Source: a virus
Length of the DNA stretch: 64,000 nucleotides
IMG/VR virus record: IMGVR_UViG_3300050132_000112
Location: 9,356-73,355 of that record
Strand: one strand, 5' to 3'
Within the stretch, counting starts at the first letter, position 1, and every line of letters begins with the position of its first letter. This document shows, one piece after another, positions 47,901 through 56,830 of the stretch. The notes beneath the pieces were generated by a model. It searched no databases. It had not been told where the DNA came from and was given only the letters and a program-made list of their open reading frames with translations. The translations under genes and the position numbers were made by a program.

Positions 47901-48365
47901 TCTATTAAGCCCGCAGTTGTATATCAAACATCAGCGGGAACGGCTGGAACAGATAGTATAGCAGTTAAAATTGGAAGTACTGGTAAGTTAGGAGCTATTG
48001 CCGCTTCATCAGTGCCTATTTACTCAGAAAGTTCATGGACACCTACTGGTTCAACAACAATATCGGTAACTTCAGCCACATATACAAAAATTGGAAATCA
48101 AGTATTTGCAAGGTTTAAAATTAGTATTAACACAAATGTAAGTGGGAGTACATTTTCTATATCAGGATTACCTTTTGCAAACTCATCGAGTAGTTATGGT
48201 TCAGTCAATTTTAGTTTAATAACAAACGGTACACTTTATACAGGCGAGGTACAACCCGGTAATAGCAATTTTAATATGTATACCGCAGCCGGGGTTTTAG
48301 TCACAAATCTACAAGTTAGTAATTCATCTATTGATGGAGTGGTTATTTATAATACAACGAATTAA
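44928..48365 (+). CDS. Tail fibre / receptor-binding protein with N-terminal signal peptide
   Basis: LKAPLASPVLTGIPTAPTA, GGTYPNPTV, duplicated modules, C-terminal YTKIGNQV..GLPF tip; MRKLLTILLLFITSVSFA|Q start. Confidence 0.8.
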   Translation: MRKLLTILLLFITSVSFAQTYSNTGTANLQRALFGGDTLYRNNMGALGNVNWYDKYQVDRLINSLSTGYVPNSRTLTVNGVSFDLTNNRSWNVGTVTALSKTDGYGFLSTLTNPTITPNFAGRIDTSVIASLLHYNTTIGMATAAYLALKAPLASPVLTGIPTAPTATLGTNTNQIATMAAIQAAIAGSGAGSVSTVSVVTANGVSGTVANPTTTPAITLTLGAITPTSTNGVSAATMAFNDATSSIQTQLNSKQASLGFTPENMANKTATASASTTTYPNWNGLETYVAAQGFGNGTVTSFGKVDQFGIVSSVANPTTTPVYTAKVDSTTVESKVNFNTTIGTATSTALSGKQATIGYTTENIANKATDFTTLNNTLYPTTQAVSNYVSANYVPLSRTLTINGTTQDLSTNRTFTISSLPPSGTAGGSLGGTYPNPTVVTNANLTGIVTSIGNATSIANGAIGNSLLTNSSITVNGTPISLGSSVTAVSSVGGTTNRITSTGGTTPVIDISASYIGQSSITNVGTISTGTWSGLFGAVSGANLTNITPANIGTGTAPINITGNAASVTFNSVVGGGPYPLLVNSAGSVGYNSLINVDPITSTIFADHFAGSALRLDTPRLIQGIPFDGTANINIINGTGYVKSTGTTLSYDNSVFNLQTVTTLGNSTTIAPFFNGGAMFDGNIGGFSPGRFDAKITATNAVTGGHTIVDLINVLANDEAAINFTGMLSDSSFVQMGAIGMFWENFDNNPSTRIPTLYWHGNGWNGDNEPLILKSYNTVVLGAGATSALPFKDAYAANTTLVKNNLVTELNNTFNGSILAGTSGSNLLLEKSTGASVVFNRSGTMNALMEDDGNKFGFYYGTSPTLSLTVGSTIVGSVPISATNLSGTNTGDETTGRINALYGYTPANGANYVLKSGDDMTGHLGITVTSGSNLYLDRSTGASMAFRRSGTLAALIEEDGNAFGFYTGTGNTPAASISPTAATFYGSLSVPSIKPAVVYQTSAGTAGTDSIAVKIGSTGKLGAIAASSVPIYSESSWTPTGSTTISVTSATYTKIGNQVFARFKISINTNVSGSTFSISGLPFANSSSSYGSVNFSLITNGTLYTGEVQPGNSNFNMYTAAGVLVTNLQVSNSSIDGVVIYNTTN

Positions 48366-48389
48366 ATCAACACCTTAAACAAATATAAA

Positions 48390-48533
48390 ATGAATGAATC
48401 AGAAAAAAAACCAGAAACCGTAGACAAGTTAGCAGACGATACTTGTCCTACTGGTTACTATTGGGATGAAGAAACCCAAAAATGTATTTTAGATGTCGGT
48501 CCACCGCCAAACAAAGTTGAAGAAAGTGAATAA
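48390..48533 (+). CDS. 47-aa acidic micropeptide with C-x12-C loop (not in ORF track)
   Basis: MNESEKKPETVDKLADDTCPTGYYWDEETQKCILDVGPPPNKVEESE; A-rich leader; stop overlaps next GTG. Confidence 0.65.
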   Translation: MNESEKKPETVDKLADDTCPTGYYWDEETQKCILDVGPPPNKVEESE

Positions 48534-48894
48534 AAGGATTACACTTACAATCATAGCCTTGGCTTTATATGTCGGATTATTCAATCTGTACCTATATCGG
48601 TTACTCACGAATGAGTTATCGCATAGGCGCATCAGTTTAATGTACGACTATATAACTTTGGGCATGATTATATTTTCCTTTTTAGACTTAAAACTTGGGG
48701 TTTATAAAGGACTTCACGAACAGTTTAACCTACTTTGTTTTTTATCAGTTATTTTTAACTTTGTTATAATTATACTAACACAACACACAATATTAACCAA
48801 TCCATTACCAACTTTCGTTTCGTTTAATGGTGGCATATTTATAGCTACAATAATGATAGGCATAAGTTATATAAGACATGGATTCAAAGATTAA
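48526..48894 (+). CDS. Four-TM membrane protein
   Basis: Four hydrophobic segments; likely GTG start at 48526 coupled to the micropeptide stop. Confidence 0.65.
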   Translation: MNKRITLTIIALALYVGLFNLYLYRLLTNELSHRRISLMYDYITLGMIIFSFLDLKLGVYKGLHEQFNLLCFLSVIFNFVIIILTQHTILTNPLPTFVSFNGGIFIATIMIGISYIRHGFKD

Positions 48895-49138
48895 AAATAT
48901 GGCGATACAACCTCAGGCACCAAACCAATGGTTTCAATTTGTTGAAGATTTATTGCCTTGGGCTACGATATTCGGGTTGTGTTTTAAGGCCATAGACTTG
49001 GTGTTTAAATACTATTCTAATGCGCAGGATGCAAGGTTAAGGCAATTGGTTAAGGATGAAGTATCGCCACAGATTGAAAGCCTTACACACGCTATTGATG
49101 CGCTTAGAGAGGAAATAGGCAGACTTAAAGTAAAATAA
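48878..49138 (+). CDS. Putative holin/antiholin (TM + coiled coil)
   Basis: Single TM plus coiled coil directly before the endolysin. Confidence 0.5.
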   Translation: MDSKIKNMAIQPQAPNQWFQFVEDLLPWATIFGLCFKAIDLVFKYYSNAQDARLRQLVKDEVSPQIESLTHAIDALREEIGRLKVK

Positions 49139-49140
49139 AT

Positions 49141-49710
49141 ATGATAGCAAACGATATAGTCAATCTTGCCAATCAATACGCTGCGGCAGGAATAACCGAA
49201 ATTCAGCCCAACAATGGATGGCAACCAAATGCTAAGTTTCCGACCTATGAGCAAGATATGGTTAATCTTACAGGATGGTATCATGGTGCTGAATGGTGTA
49301 GCGCACAGGCTATCTTAACATGGAAAAAGGCTTATGCGGGGAATGCAATCATGTTAGGCATTATTAACCGCCTTGTATCACTTAATTCACAAGCCATGGG
49401 CAATCAGTTCCATGCCGATAAATACTGGCCTACATCGTCTAATGTGCCTCAATTAGGCACTATTGTAATTTGGGCGTTAGGTGATAGTTTAACTACGGGT
49501 CATGCAGGTATTGTAACAGCGATTAATGGTAGCACATTTACATCGGTTGAGGGTAATACTAGCTTGCCCAATGCAGGCAACGAAAGGGAGGGTTGGACAG
49601 TTGCATCCCATATTCATACAATAGGGTTGCCTCATTCAACTTTTAACCTTAATTTGTCACGATTTATTTATCCTTTAGAAAGTTATAACCCATTAGTAAT
49701 TTCAGAATGA
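49141..49710 (+). CDS. CHAP-domain endolysin
   Basis: EWCSA, GHAGIV, SVEGNT catalytic motifs. Confidence 0.88.
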   Translation: MIANDIVNLANQYAAAGITEIQPNNGWQPNAKFPTYEQDMVNLTGWYHGAEWCSAQAILTWKKAYAGNAIMLGIINRLVSLNSQAMGNQFHADKYWPTSSNVPQLGTIVIWALGDSLTTGHAGIVTAINGSTFTSVEGNTSLPNAGNEREGWTVASHIHTIGLPHSTFNLNLSRFIYPLESYNPLVISE

Positions 49711-50333
49711 TAGGAATTTACAAAATTACCTCTCCAAGCGGTAAAATATATATTGGCTCAAGCATCGATATAAAATATCGTATCAAATATTACAAAAACC
49801 TATGTTGCCAAGGACAGGTTAAACTGTATAATTCATTGAAAAAATATGGATGGCATAAGCATAAATTTGAAATTGTAACTGAGTGTTCTGTTGAAGAATT
49901 ATATCTACTTGAAAGAACGTATGGTGAAATGTTTGATGTTCTCAGTAAAAACGGACTTAATTTAATATTACCAAAGGTTGGTGAAAACAAAGTCGGTGTT
50001 TCAGAAGAAACAAGAGAAAGAATGCGTAATAGAAAAGGCGGTTATGCATCTCGACCTCACACCGAATCTGCAAAAGAAAAAATAAGACAATTTCAAACAG
50101 GCAGAAAGCATACTGCCGAACACAGAAGAAAGGTTTCTGAAAACAACGCCCGAAATAATGCCAAGATTGTTGTGGATATGGAAAATGGTATTTTTTATGA
50201 TTCAATAAAAGAAGCGGCTTGGGCAAGAAACGAAAACCATAGTAGTCTTAAAAATAGAGTAAACGGCTATTCACCAACATATACACCTATAAAGATTTGT
50301 GGATGGTTGAATGAAAAAAGAAATGTAGCATAA
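49707..50333 (+). CDS. GIY-YIG homing endonuclease (NUMOD3)
   Basis: GIYKITSPSGKIYIGSS, HTESAKEKI. Confidence 0.9.
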   Translation: MIGIYKITSPSGKIYIGSSIDIKYRIKYYKNLCCQGQVKLYNSLKKYGWHKHKFEIVTECSVEELYLLERTYGEMFDVLSKNGLNLILPKVGENKVGVSEETRERMRNRKGGYASRPHTESAKEKIRQFQTGRKHTAEHRRKVSENNARNNAKIVVDMENGIFYDSIKEAAWARNENHSSLKNRVNGYSPTYTPIKICGWLNEKRNVA

Positions 50334-50584
50334 TGGGTATCAAGAATGAACAAGGTATCGTAATACCTATCTCACATATCACCAAAGGTTACTTAGTATT
50401 CTCTCAAGCGTTTAGTGATTACGGTATTGAAGCTAACCATCCCTATAAGATAGGCTTTGAGCCCGACGGGGGATTAGGTGCTTACTTTTTTGCGGATGGT
50501 TGTATTAACCTTTGGCGAAATGAATTGAGAGAAGATGTATGTGCTACGGCTACACTATATGAAAATAAACCTACTTTAAATTAA
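50333..50584 (+). CDS. Hypothetical protein
   Basis: Operonic ORF. Confidence 0.5.
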   Translation: MGIKNEQGIVIPISHITKGYLVFSQAFSDYGIEANHPYKIGFEPDGGLGAYFFADGCINLWRNELREDVCATATLYENKPTLN

Positions 50585-50589
50585 ACGAT

Positions 50590-50889
50590 ATGAACTCACA
50601 ATCACCACTATTCTCACTTAACTACAAAGATTTAATCAAGGGGCTTGTTATGGCGGCTCTTACAGGCATTTTTAACATTGTAATGGCAGATATCAACCAA
50701 AATATATTTGCGTTCAATGGTGCTGCTCTTTATCACGGTGCTATCGTTGGGTTAGTAGCCTATTTAGCCAAGAATTTCTTTACTCCTGCCGTCGCTACTC
50801 AAACTACAACGACTACTCCCGATGGAACAGTTACCGAAAAGGTTATCAGTACCGATAGTCTGAATGTTAAGGTAGACGCTATCAAATGA
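50590..50889 (+). CDS. Putative holin
   Basis: FSLNYKDLIKGLVMA...AYLAKNFFT, two TMs, lysis context. Confidence 0.65.
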   Translation: MNSQSPLFSLNYKDLIKGLVMAALTGIFNIVMADINQNIFAFNGAALYHGAIVGLVAYLAKNFFTPAVATQTTTTTPDGTVTEKVISTDSLNVKVDAIK

Positions 50890-50920
50890 AAAAAGCCCGA
50901 TGTTTAGTCGGGCTAAAAAA
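50889..50920. terminator. Terminator at the convergence of the two genome arms
   Basis: AGCCCGA-loop-TCGGGCT flanked by A-runs. Confidence 0.7.
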
Positions 50921-51041
50921 ATCCTTTAATCCTGTTATTCTATTTACAGCCGTTTTGTTGCGGCAGGGATTTATTTCAATTATTTACTTCTTCCCATTTA
51001 GTCCATACTTTCACTAATAAGGGTTTTAGCCATGATGGCAG

Positions 51042-51617
51042 TCAAGAAATAGCAGGACTGTCGCCTACAGGTACATTAGTTAAATCCTGAACAACTTCAT
51101 TGGCGGCATTTATATCGTTCGCAACCGCACTATTTGGAGCGACAGCACTTGCAACCTGACTAACCGCAGCACGTATGCTATCTAATAATGTTGGCTTATA
51201 AACCAAAGGAACTGCGACAATAGCTTGTTGGAGTGTAGAATTGCCACCGTTAGCATTACTGGCGGCATCCCCTATAACAGTTGCAAGATTACTTAACGCC
51301 AAAATCCTACTATTACCTGTTAGGTTTCCAATGGCGTTTAAGCCATCTGCCGTAATCTGTGCGGGTGTTTTAGTTACCTCGGCAGCTACCAGTCCAAAAT
51401 CGGTCAGGAATGTATTAATTGCCCCAATAACTGCTGTTCCAGTTCCCGGCAATAGGGCTTCGATAATTGCCTCGACTGTTGTTCCCGTTGCAGAACCTAA
51501 AAAACTCTTGAGTACATTTACTACTGTTGTGGCAGATGTAAAGGCATTTTCTACTACAGGTAATTCTTTCTTGAAGAATCCGCTTATAGCATTTCCAATG
51601 GTGGTGAAGATTGACAT
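51042..51617 (-). CDS. Hypothetical amphipathic Ala/Thr-rich protein
   Basis: Intact ORF, A-rich leader. Confidence 0.65.
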   Translation of the reverse strand: MSIFTTIGNAISGFFKKELPVVENAFTSATTVVNVLKSFLGSATGTTVEAIIEALLPGTGTAVIGAINTFLTDFGLVAAEVTKTPAQITADGLNAIGNLTGNSRILALSNLATVIGDAASNANGGNSTLQQAIVAVPLVYKPTLLDSIRAAVSQVASAVAPNSAVANDINAANEVVQDLTNVPVGDSPAIS

Positions 51618-51813
51618 TTTGATTTTTGTTTAATGTATATGAATGAAATTGTTAATTACTTGATTGAATAACAGGCTTTACTCGCCGCATATAGATAAGC
51701 ACCTGTCGTGGGCTATGTTTTAATTACTTATTTGTCGAGGTGGAAAAGGATGAGTAGCATTATAGTCATAAAACTAACATAGAATATCCACCAACTGTTT
51801 TTATATAGCCACA

Positions 51814-52113
51814 TTATTGAACTATTGCTTGTTTTGCTAAATTACTGTATAAAGCACTACTATCTAAAAACCTTATCTGTGCTTCCTGAAACTCTTTACG
51901 GTCGGCTTCGGGTTGGTTAATGTAAGAAACGCTTTTATCGAGGGCATCAGCGCATTTTAAGAACGTCTTACTGATTGTTTCGAGGCTGTCTGTTTCGCTG
52001 ATATGCTGTTTAACCGTAACTGTGTGCGTCGGTTTTATAAAAATACCTATCAATCCTATAATCACACAAATGCTAAAGGATATAATATATAAAGGCTTTT
52101 CTAACTTTCCCAT
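51814..52113 (-). CDS. Membrane-anchored hypothetical protein
   Basis: N-terminal TM. Confidence 0.6.
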   Translation of the reverse strand: MGKLEKPLYIISFSICVIIGLIGIFIKPTHTVTVKQHISETDSLETISKTFLKCADALDKSVSYINQPEADRKEFQEAQIRFLDSSALYSNLAKQAIVQ

Positions 52114-52117
52114 GGCG

Positions 52118-52396
52118 TTACTTCTTTACAGTCGATTTAACGACCTTTTTAGTAGTGTCGGCAACCAATGCAGGGTAAAGCGATTTAATGACGTTCTGAG
52201 CCGCCGTAATGTCTGTACCTGTCGCTTGTGAGGTAGGTAGGTTGCTATAAGCAAAGCCTAATACCTGTTGTAGCTGTACCAACTGATTTTTTTGTAGTTT
52301 TACGTACACCGTATCGCTTTTAGTTTGAGCGTTGGCGTTTAGTAAGCCCATGGTTAATAACCATGCGATAATGTAAAAAATTGTTTTTTGTTTCAT
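52118..52396 (-). CDS. Secreted hypothetical protein
   Basis: Signal peptide ending ANA|Q. Confidence 0.65.
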   Translation of the reverse strand: MKQKTIFYIIAWLLTMGLLNANAQTKSDTVYVKLQKNQLVQLQQVLGFAYSNLPTSQATGTDITAAQNVIKSLYPALVADTTKKVVKSTVKK

Positions 52397-52407
52397 GATT
52401 TTATAGT

Positions 52408-52854
52408 TTAACGTTTGATTGAATAAATTACTTTGTTGGTTACTTTAGTTTTCTTATCGGCATATAAGAATGTTCCCGATAGCGATTTGCTTTCTTCGTA
52501 TTCGTTTTTATACCAATCTTGTTGGATAAGATATCCAATACTACCGCTGCTGTCTGACGTAAACACACCCATTGTTGATTTAACGTAAGTCTGCCAAACT
52601 ACAAAACCCTTATTCCATTTTTCATAGATAGTTGACCCATCTGAAAATGTAGTTACAATAGCATACATACTGCCATCTTGATTAGGCTTGCCTATTCCTA
52701 ACTCCTTGAAAAAAACAGGAATAGTATCGGGTGTAAAATCAACCCTTTCTTTAACTGTTTTTACCGTATCGTAAAATACGTGTTGTTCAGGTGTTTGTGC
52801 TTTTACGGCAAGTGTTGTGGCAATTACCGCCAGTAGAATAATTGTTCTTTTCAT
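52408..52854 (-). CDS. Secreted hypothetical protein
   Basis: Signal peptide ending VKA|Q. Confidence 0.65.
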   Translation of the reverse strand: MKRTIILLAVIATTLAVKAQTPEQHVFYDTVKTVKERVDFTPDTIPVFFKELGIGKPNQDGSMYAIVTTFSDGSTIYEKWNKGFVVWQTYVKSTMGVFTSDSSGSIGYLIQQDWYKNEYEESKSLSGTFLYADKKTKVTNKVIYSIKR

Positions 52855-52855
52855 G

Positions 52856-53074
52856 TTATTGTTGTTTAAGTGTTAAATTATCTTCGTCGTCGATTTCATG
52901 GCATTTAGGGCAGTAACATGCATCGTCACCAATATGCCAACCCGCACTGCCCATGCTATCCATCATGTAATCTTGGTCTAAAAATGTTGTCCATCCCTCA
53001 AATGGGTGTTCAAAATCTATTTTGCATATATCGCATTCAGCCGAATATACGTGTGTTGGTTCTGTATGTATCAT
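52856..53074 (-). CDS. Small zinc-finger protein
   Basis: CDIC...GW...YCPKC. Confidence 0.7.
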   Translation of the reverse strand: MIHTEPTHVYSAECDICKIDFEHPFEGWTTFLDQDYMMDSMGSAGWHIGDDACYCPKCHEIDDEDNLTLKQQ

Positions 53075-53363
53075 ATTAATGTCGTTTGAAATAATCGTTT
53101 ACATTTTTCTTTGTTTTGTAGTCGCACCATCGTAAGAAAGAATCGATAAGTGCTAATACAATGATTACTACTGTTGAAGTTTCCATTTCTTATCATTTTA
53201 ATTATTTATTTAAAGGTAGTCCTTTTTAGCCGTTTTAAGCCCTTATTAAATACCGAATAGGAATTAGGGCATATCAACTCTTTCTTTGCCTGTACAACTA
53301 TTAATGATAGCCGCATGGCTTGTTTAGCTAACTCGTGGTGTGGTAGTGGTTCGTTATCACTTC

Positions 53364-53753
53364 TCATACTATTTTAAATGTTTTTGATAATGGATGTTTT
53401 GTTCGCCCTACCAGATAATCCCGGAAGCTGCATTTATGAATACCGACAGTTTTTGATGCCATGGATATACTGGTGTAGTAAATACCTGTTTCCAAATTAA
53501 GTACTATAAACGTATCTTGATGCGCCCTATGCTTGATAACGTGTCTTTTCTTACCCACTCTACCCTTTACTAATCTAAACACGGTAGCGGGGCTTATATT
53601 GAGTTTGGTGACAATATCCTTAACTGGGGTATTTTCCCAAAGGCGTAATATCTTTTTAGTTCGCCTATCGTCTAAAGAGGTTTCTAAAACATTATTTACT
53701 TCCTCGTATGAATAGGTAGGTTTTGGGCGTTGATAAAAGACTAATCCTTTCAT
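53364..53753 (-). CDS. HTH + NUMOD1-like DNA-binding protein
   Basis: KLNISPATV HTH; VLNLETGIYYTSISMAS. Confidence 0.6.
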   Translation of the reverse strand: MKGLVFYQRPKPTYSYEEVNNVLETSLDDRRTKKILRLWENTPVKDIVTKLNISPATVFRLVKGRVGKKRHVIKHRAHQDTFIVLNLETGIYYTSISMASKTVGIHKCSFRDYLVGRTKHPLSKTFKIV

Positions 53754-53898
53754 GGCTTATTAATTCTTACGGCGTTAGGAAACAATCTCTTTACTTTTGA
53801 TACCGACTTGTCGCAACTACCAACTATGTGAATGTTAAACGAAGTAGCATTAGGGTTCTCAGAAATCATTTTCTTTATGTCAATTCCTATTCTATTTT

Positions 53899-54306
53899 TC
53901 ATTTGTCTAATCGGTTAAGTGATAAGCCCAATTCCTTTGCCTTGGTTGGATGTAACTCAATCCAATGGTGACAGTTTTCGCAGCAAGCTAAAAACGTTGT
54001 ACTATCAAGTAAATATTCGCCCCGACCTTTTTTATGGTGAATTTGGGTAGAATAATTGGTGCAACCGTCTAACTGTGCCTCACATATAGGATAATTCTTT
54101 AAATAAACTCCTCTAAGCGTTAGATAGGTTGCCATTAGCTTTTTATGCTTGTCTGACATGGGCTTAACCCGGTATGGTTTATTAACCCTTTTGTCACTTT
54201 GTTTTAGAGTTGGCTCTAAAGCCCTCTTAATCTTATAGTGATGTAGGCACAAACCACCGCTAAAGATGGGAGTGTTACAACCTATAATTTTACAGATAGT
54301 TGGCAT
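53899..54306 (-). CDS. HNH-type nuclease (NinG/DUF968-like)
   Basis: CEA...C...QIHHKKGRG...LACCENCHHWI. Confidence 0.75.
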   Translation of the reverse strand: MPTICKIIGCNTPIFSGGLCLHHYKIKRALEPTLKQSDKRVNKPYRVKPMSDKHKKLMATYLTLRGVYLKNYPICEAQLDGCTNYSTQIHHKKGRGEYLLDSTTFLACCENCHHWIELHPTKAKELGLSLNRLDK

Positions 54307-54308
54307 GC

Positions 54309-55944
54309 TTACATGGATATAATTCTTGATTTAACCCACCCATAGTCTTCAAACGGCATTATGGGTAGCGGAATTTGTATTAAACTAAACTTATATTCCA
54401 TTTCCACCCATCCTAACCAATAAAACTCGCCATCGGTATGTAAAAACGGAAACCAAAGAAACGTTCTTTTTATCTTAGTATCGCCAAATTTTGGTTCGGT
54501 AACTTTAGGCTTATCGGGTTGTTTTTTCCATTGTATCATTTCTTTTTTTCCTTATCATTTTCTTTAAACATTCCTCTTGGGATTAGAAATCCAGCCTCCA
54601 TCAGCTTAGTTACTGGTTCATCAAATTCAGGAATTGACATCATATTATAGGTCGTTTCATATTCTTGACCGTATTCGCCACTTGCCTTTAAGCGTTCAAT
54701 CCTTGCATCTATTTCATCCCAATCTTTTTGGGTCATCCATTCCCTTGCTTGGTCACCTATTGGTTCCATGCCTTTGCGTAGTTTTTGTTTATAGGTTTTA
54801 AACTGTTTCATTTCTTCCTCTCTTTCTTAAAAGCATTATCCATGGCAATAGCAAAGTCTGTTTTAATTTTTATATATAAACTCAAGATATGTTATTTTTA
54901 ATAATTCGCCTTTAATATTTTCTTTAACAAATGACCAATAGCTACTGCCACTTTCACCCCATACATACGAAATCCGTTTTACATTTTTATTCCTCACATA
55001 AAACCAATCGTCAATGAGTTGTTTAGAAGTATCTTCTTTGGATAGGAATATTTCTTTAATTCCTAATGCATCCATTGAATTAAAAAGTGCCATGATATCT
55101 TTATGCGTTATTTTTTCCATCTTAATTTCTCCCATTTTTTACTGCCGTATATGTTTAAGTCGCTAATGCTTTTGGCTATTACTTCTTTAATAGGTTGGGG
55201 TTCTTTATCCCGATAGTCCTTTGTGGAGGCAATTAACTCGTATTTAACGCCGTTATAGGTTTTAGTTCTGCTCATGGTTAGTTACCCCCATTGGTTTGGG
55301 TGAGATTAGAAATAAACTGTTTAGCGGCATCATTTGATATTGTGTGGATGCGTTCCCTCCCGTGTTCGTCTGTTTTAAAGTTTATTGAAAAGTTTTTCCC
55401 TTCCATATATTGCCAAAAAGCATCTTGAAATGCCATAGCAATGTTGGCTATCCATGTTTGCTTATATTCATCGTCGCATCTTAATTGATAGGTAAGAACA
55501 TGAACCGCTTGCGGGAGGTTATCAACGAAAGTCCAATCATTACCATTTTTAAGGGTGTCATACTCTTTTCTGTCAATTATTAACAACATAAGGGCTTTCT
55601 TATCGGGGTCAAGCACTATCTCTTGCGCTACATCGCCGGGAATACCGACTTTAACATGTCCATTGTGTCCTTTTTTATCGACCGACACAATTTCACTACA
55701 GATGCCTACGTTAGCAGTCCCGTTTTTAGCATCCCCGTCATTTAGTTTTTGTAAAATTTCAAATAGTTTCATGTTGTGATTTTATTTTGTTAATCATATC
55801 TGTTAGTTCCCTGTCGGTTAGTTCATACCCTGTTAATATTTTGGTGTGAATACGTATGTACTCTCTGTCCTCTAAACACGCTAATTCGTGCCCATTTAAT
55901 GGGCACCCACATTTACGAATCGAACAATAATGGAAATCAGTCAT
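54309..55944 (-). other. Run of small hypothetical early genes (54309-54539, 54536-54811, 54863-55135, 55278-55772, 55759-55944)
   Basis: Tightly packed - strand ORFs. Confidence 0.6.
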
Positions 55945-56009
55945 GTTTACTTAAGTTGCTGTTTTAAGTTTTGGACTATATTGCATGTTTTATATTTTTT
56001 AATTAACTA

Positions 56010-56468
56010 TTTAATAATCGACTTCCTGAGAGAGGGAACTGAAAGAGTAGAGGAGAAAAAGAGGGTTTGCCCCCTTACCCCCAAAGATTAATTGAGGATA
56101 AAGGAACAAACTTCTAAAACCTTTTTCAATCCAACTTCCGTCGGGTCGGTCACAGTATATCGTTTCGGTTCTAACCGGAGAATGGGTTGCCTCACTCCTG
56201 GTATGCGTAATACTAACTTTCGTTACGGGTGCCAATAAACCTATTGGTGTGTAGTTCCTTTTCATCCCGTTATTATATATTCGGGAGTGAGTATTCTTAA
56301 AGGTTAACTTGCCGAGAAAATTATCATTGCTTACCTGTCGGTTGCTATACAACGCTTTGGTAGGACTTACGGCTTTCACCGGAATCTGTACAAACAATCG
56401 TACAGGCAAGCAATTAAATATCTTTAGACTGATGAGGGAATAGCCTACCAAAGCTTGTTCCGACAATG
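56010..56468 (-). ncRNA. Candidate large structured ncRNA
   Basis: TAGATTTG promoter at 56472-56479 (- strand); nested helices, a 10-bp pseudoknot, GNRA loops, terminal GGGGGUAAGGGGG. Confidence 0.6.
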
Positions 56469-56485
56469 ACACAAATCTAGTGAAA

Positions 56486-56800
56486 TTATTTTTCAATTCG
56501 TTTCCTTTTAATTTTTTCTACATTTTGTGCAGGTACGCATTCAGCCTCTACAAGAGGGTAGATACGGTTTCTAACCTTGTCGGGGTTGTCAATTAGCTTT
56601 TGGCGTTGTTCAGCCTCGTATTTAACCAATTCAACGGGCAAATGGTCAAAGGAATATACCTCAACTATATTTGGGTCGTCTGTTTTCTTAAACCAAAAAG
56701 GAATGTATAACCATTCGTTATTTCGGTCTAACTTGACGGCGTTCCATGCGTTTGCAAAGGATGCCATCTCATCTGTTAATTTTATTTTCTGTCCGTTCAT
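56486..56800 (-). CDS. Hypothetical protein
   Basis: Intact ORF. Confidence 0.6.
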   Translation of the reverse strand: MNGQKIKLTDEMASFANAWNAVKLDRNNEWLYIPFWFKKTDDPNIVEVYSFDHLPVELVKYEAEQRQKLIDNPDKVRNRIYPLVEAECVPAQNVEKIKRKRIEK

Positions 56801-56830
56801 AATCTATTTTTGATATAGTAAGCGATTAAC

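Noticed and set aside
16122-48365. Stop-codon reassignment
   Set aside because: Long genes are intact under the standard code, and TAG/TGA end genes at normal boundaries.
44928-48365. Diversity-generating retroelement target
   Set aside because: No reverse transcriptase and no near-identical template/variable repeat pair; internal repeats are old protein duplications.
56429-56490. CTGATGA hammerhead-like core on the + strand
   Set aside because: No stem II followed by GAAA and no NUH site in the required geometry; the transcribed strand appears to be -.
56011-56496. 161-aa ORF on the - strand
   Set aside because: A promoter lies inside its 5' end, the sequence is dominated by RNA helices, and the composition is unlike the other proteins; treated as a shadow of the ncRNA.
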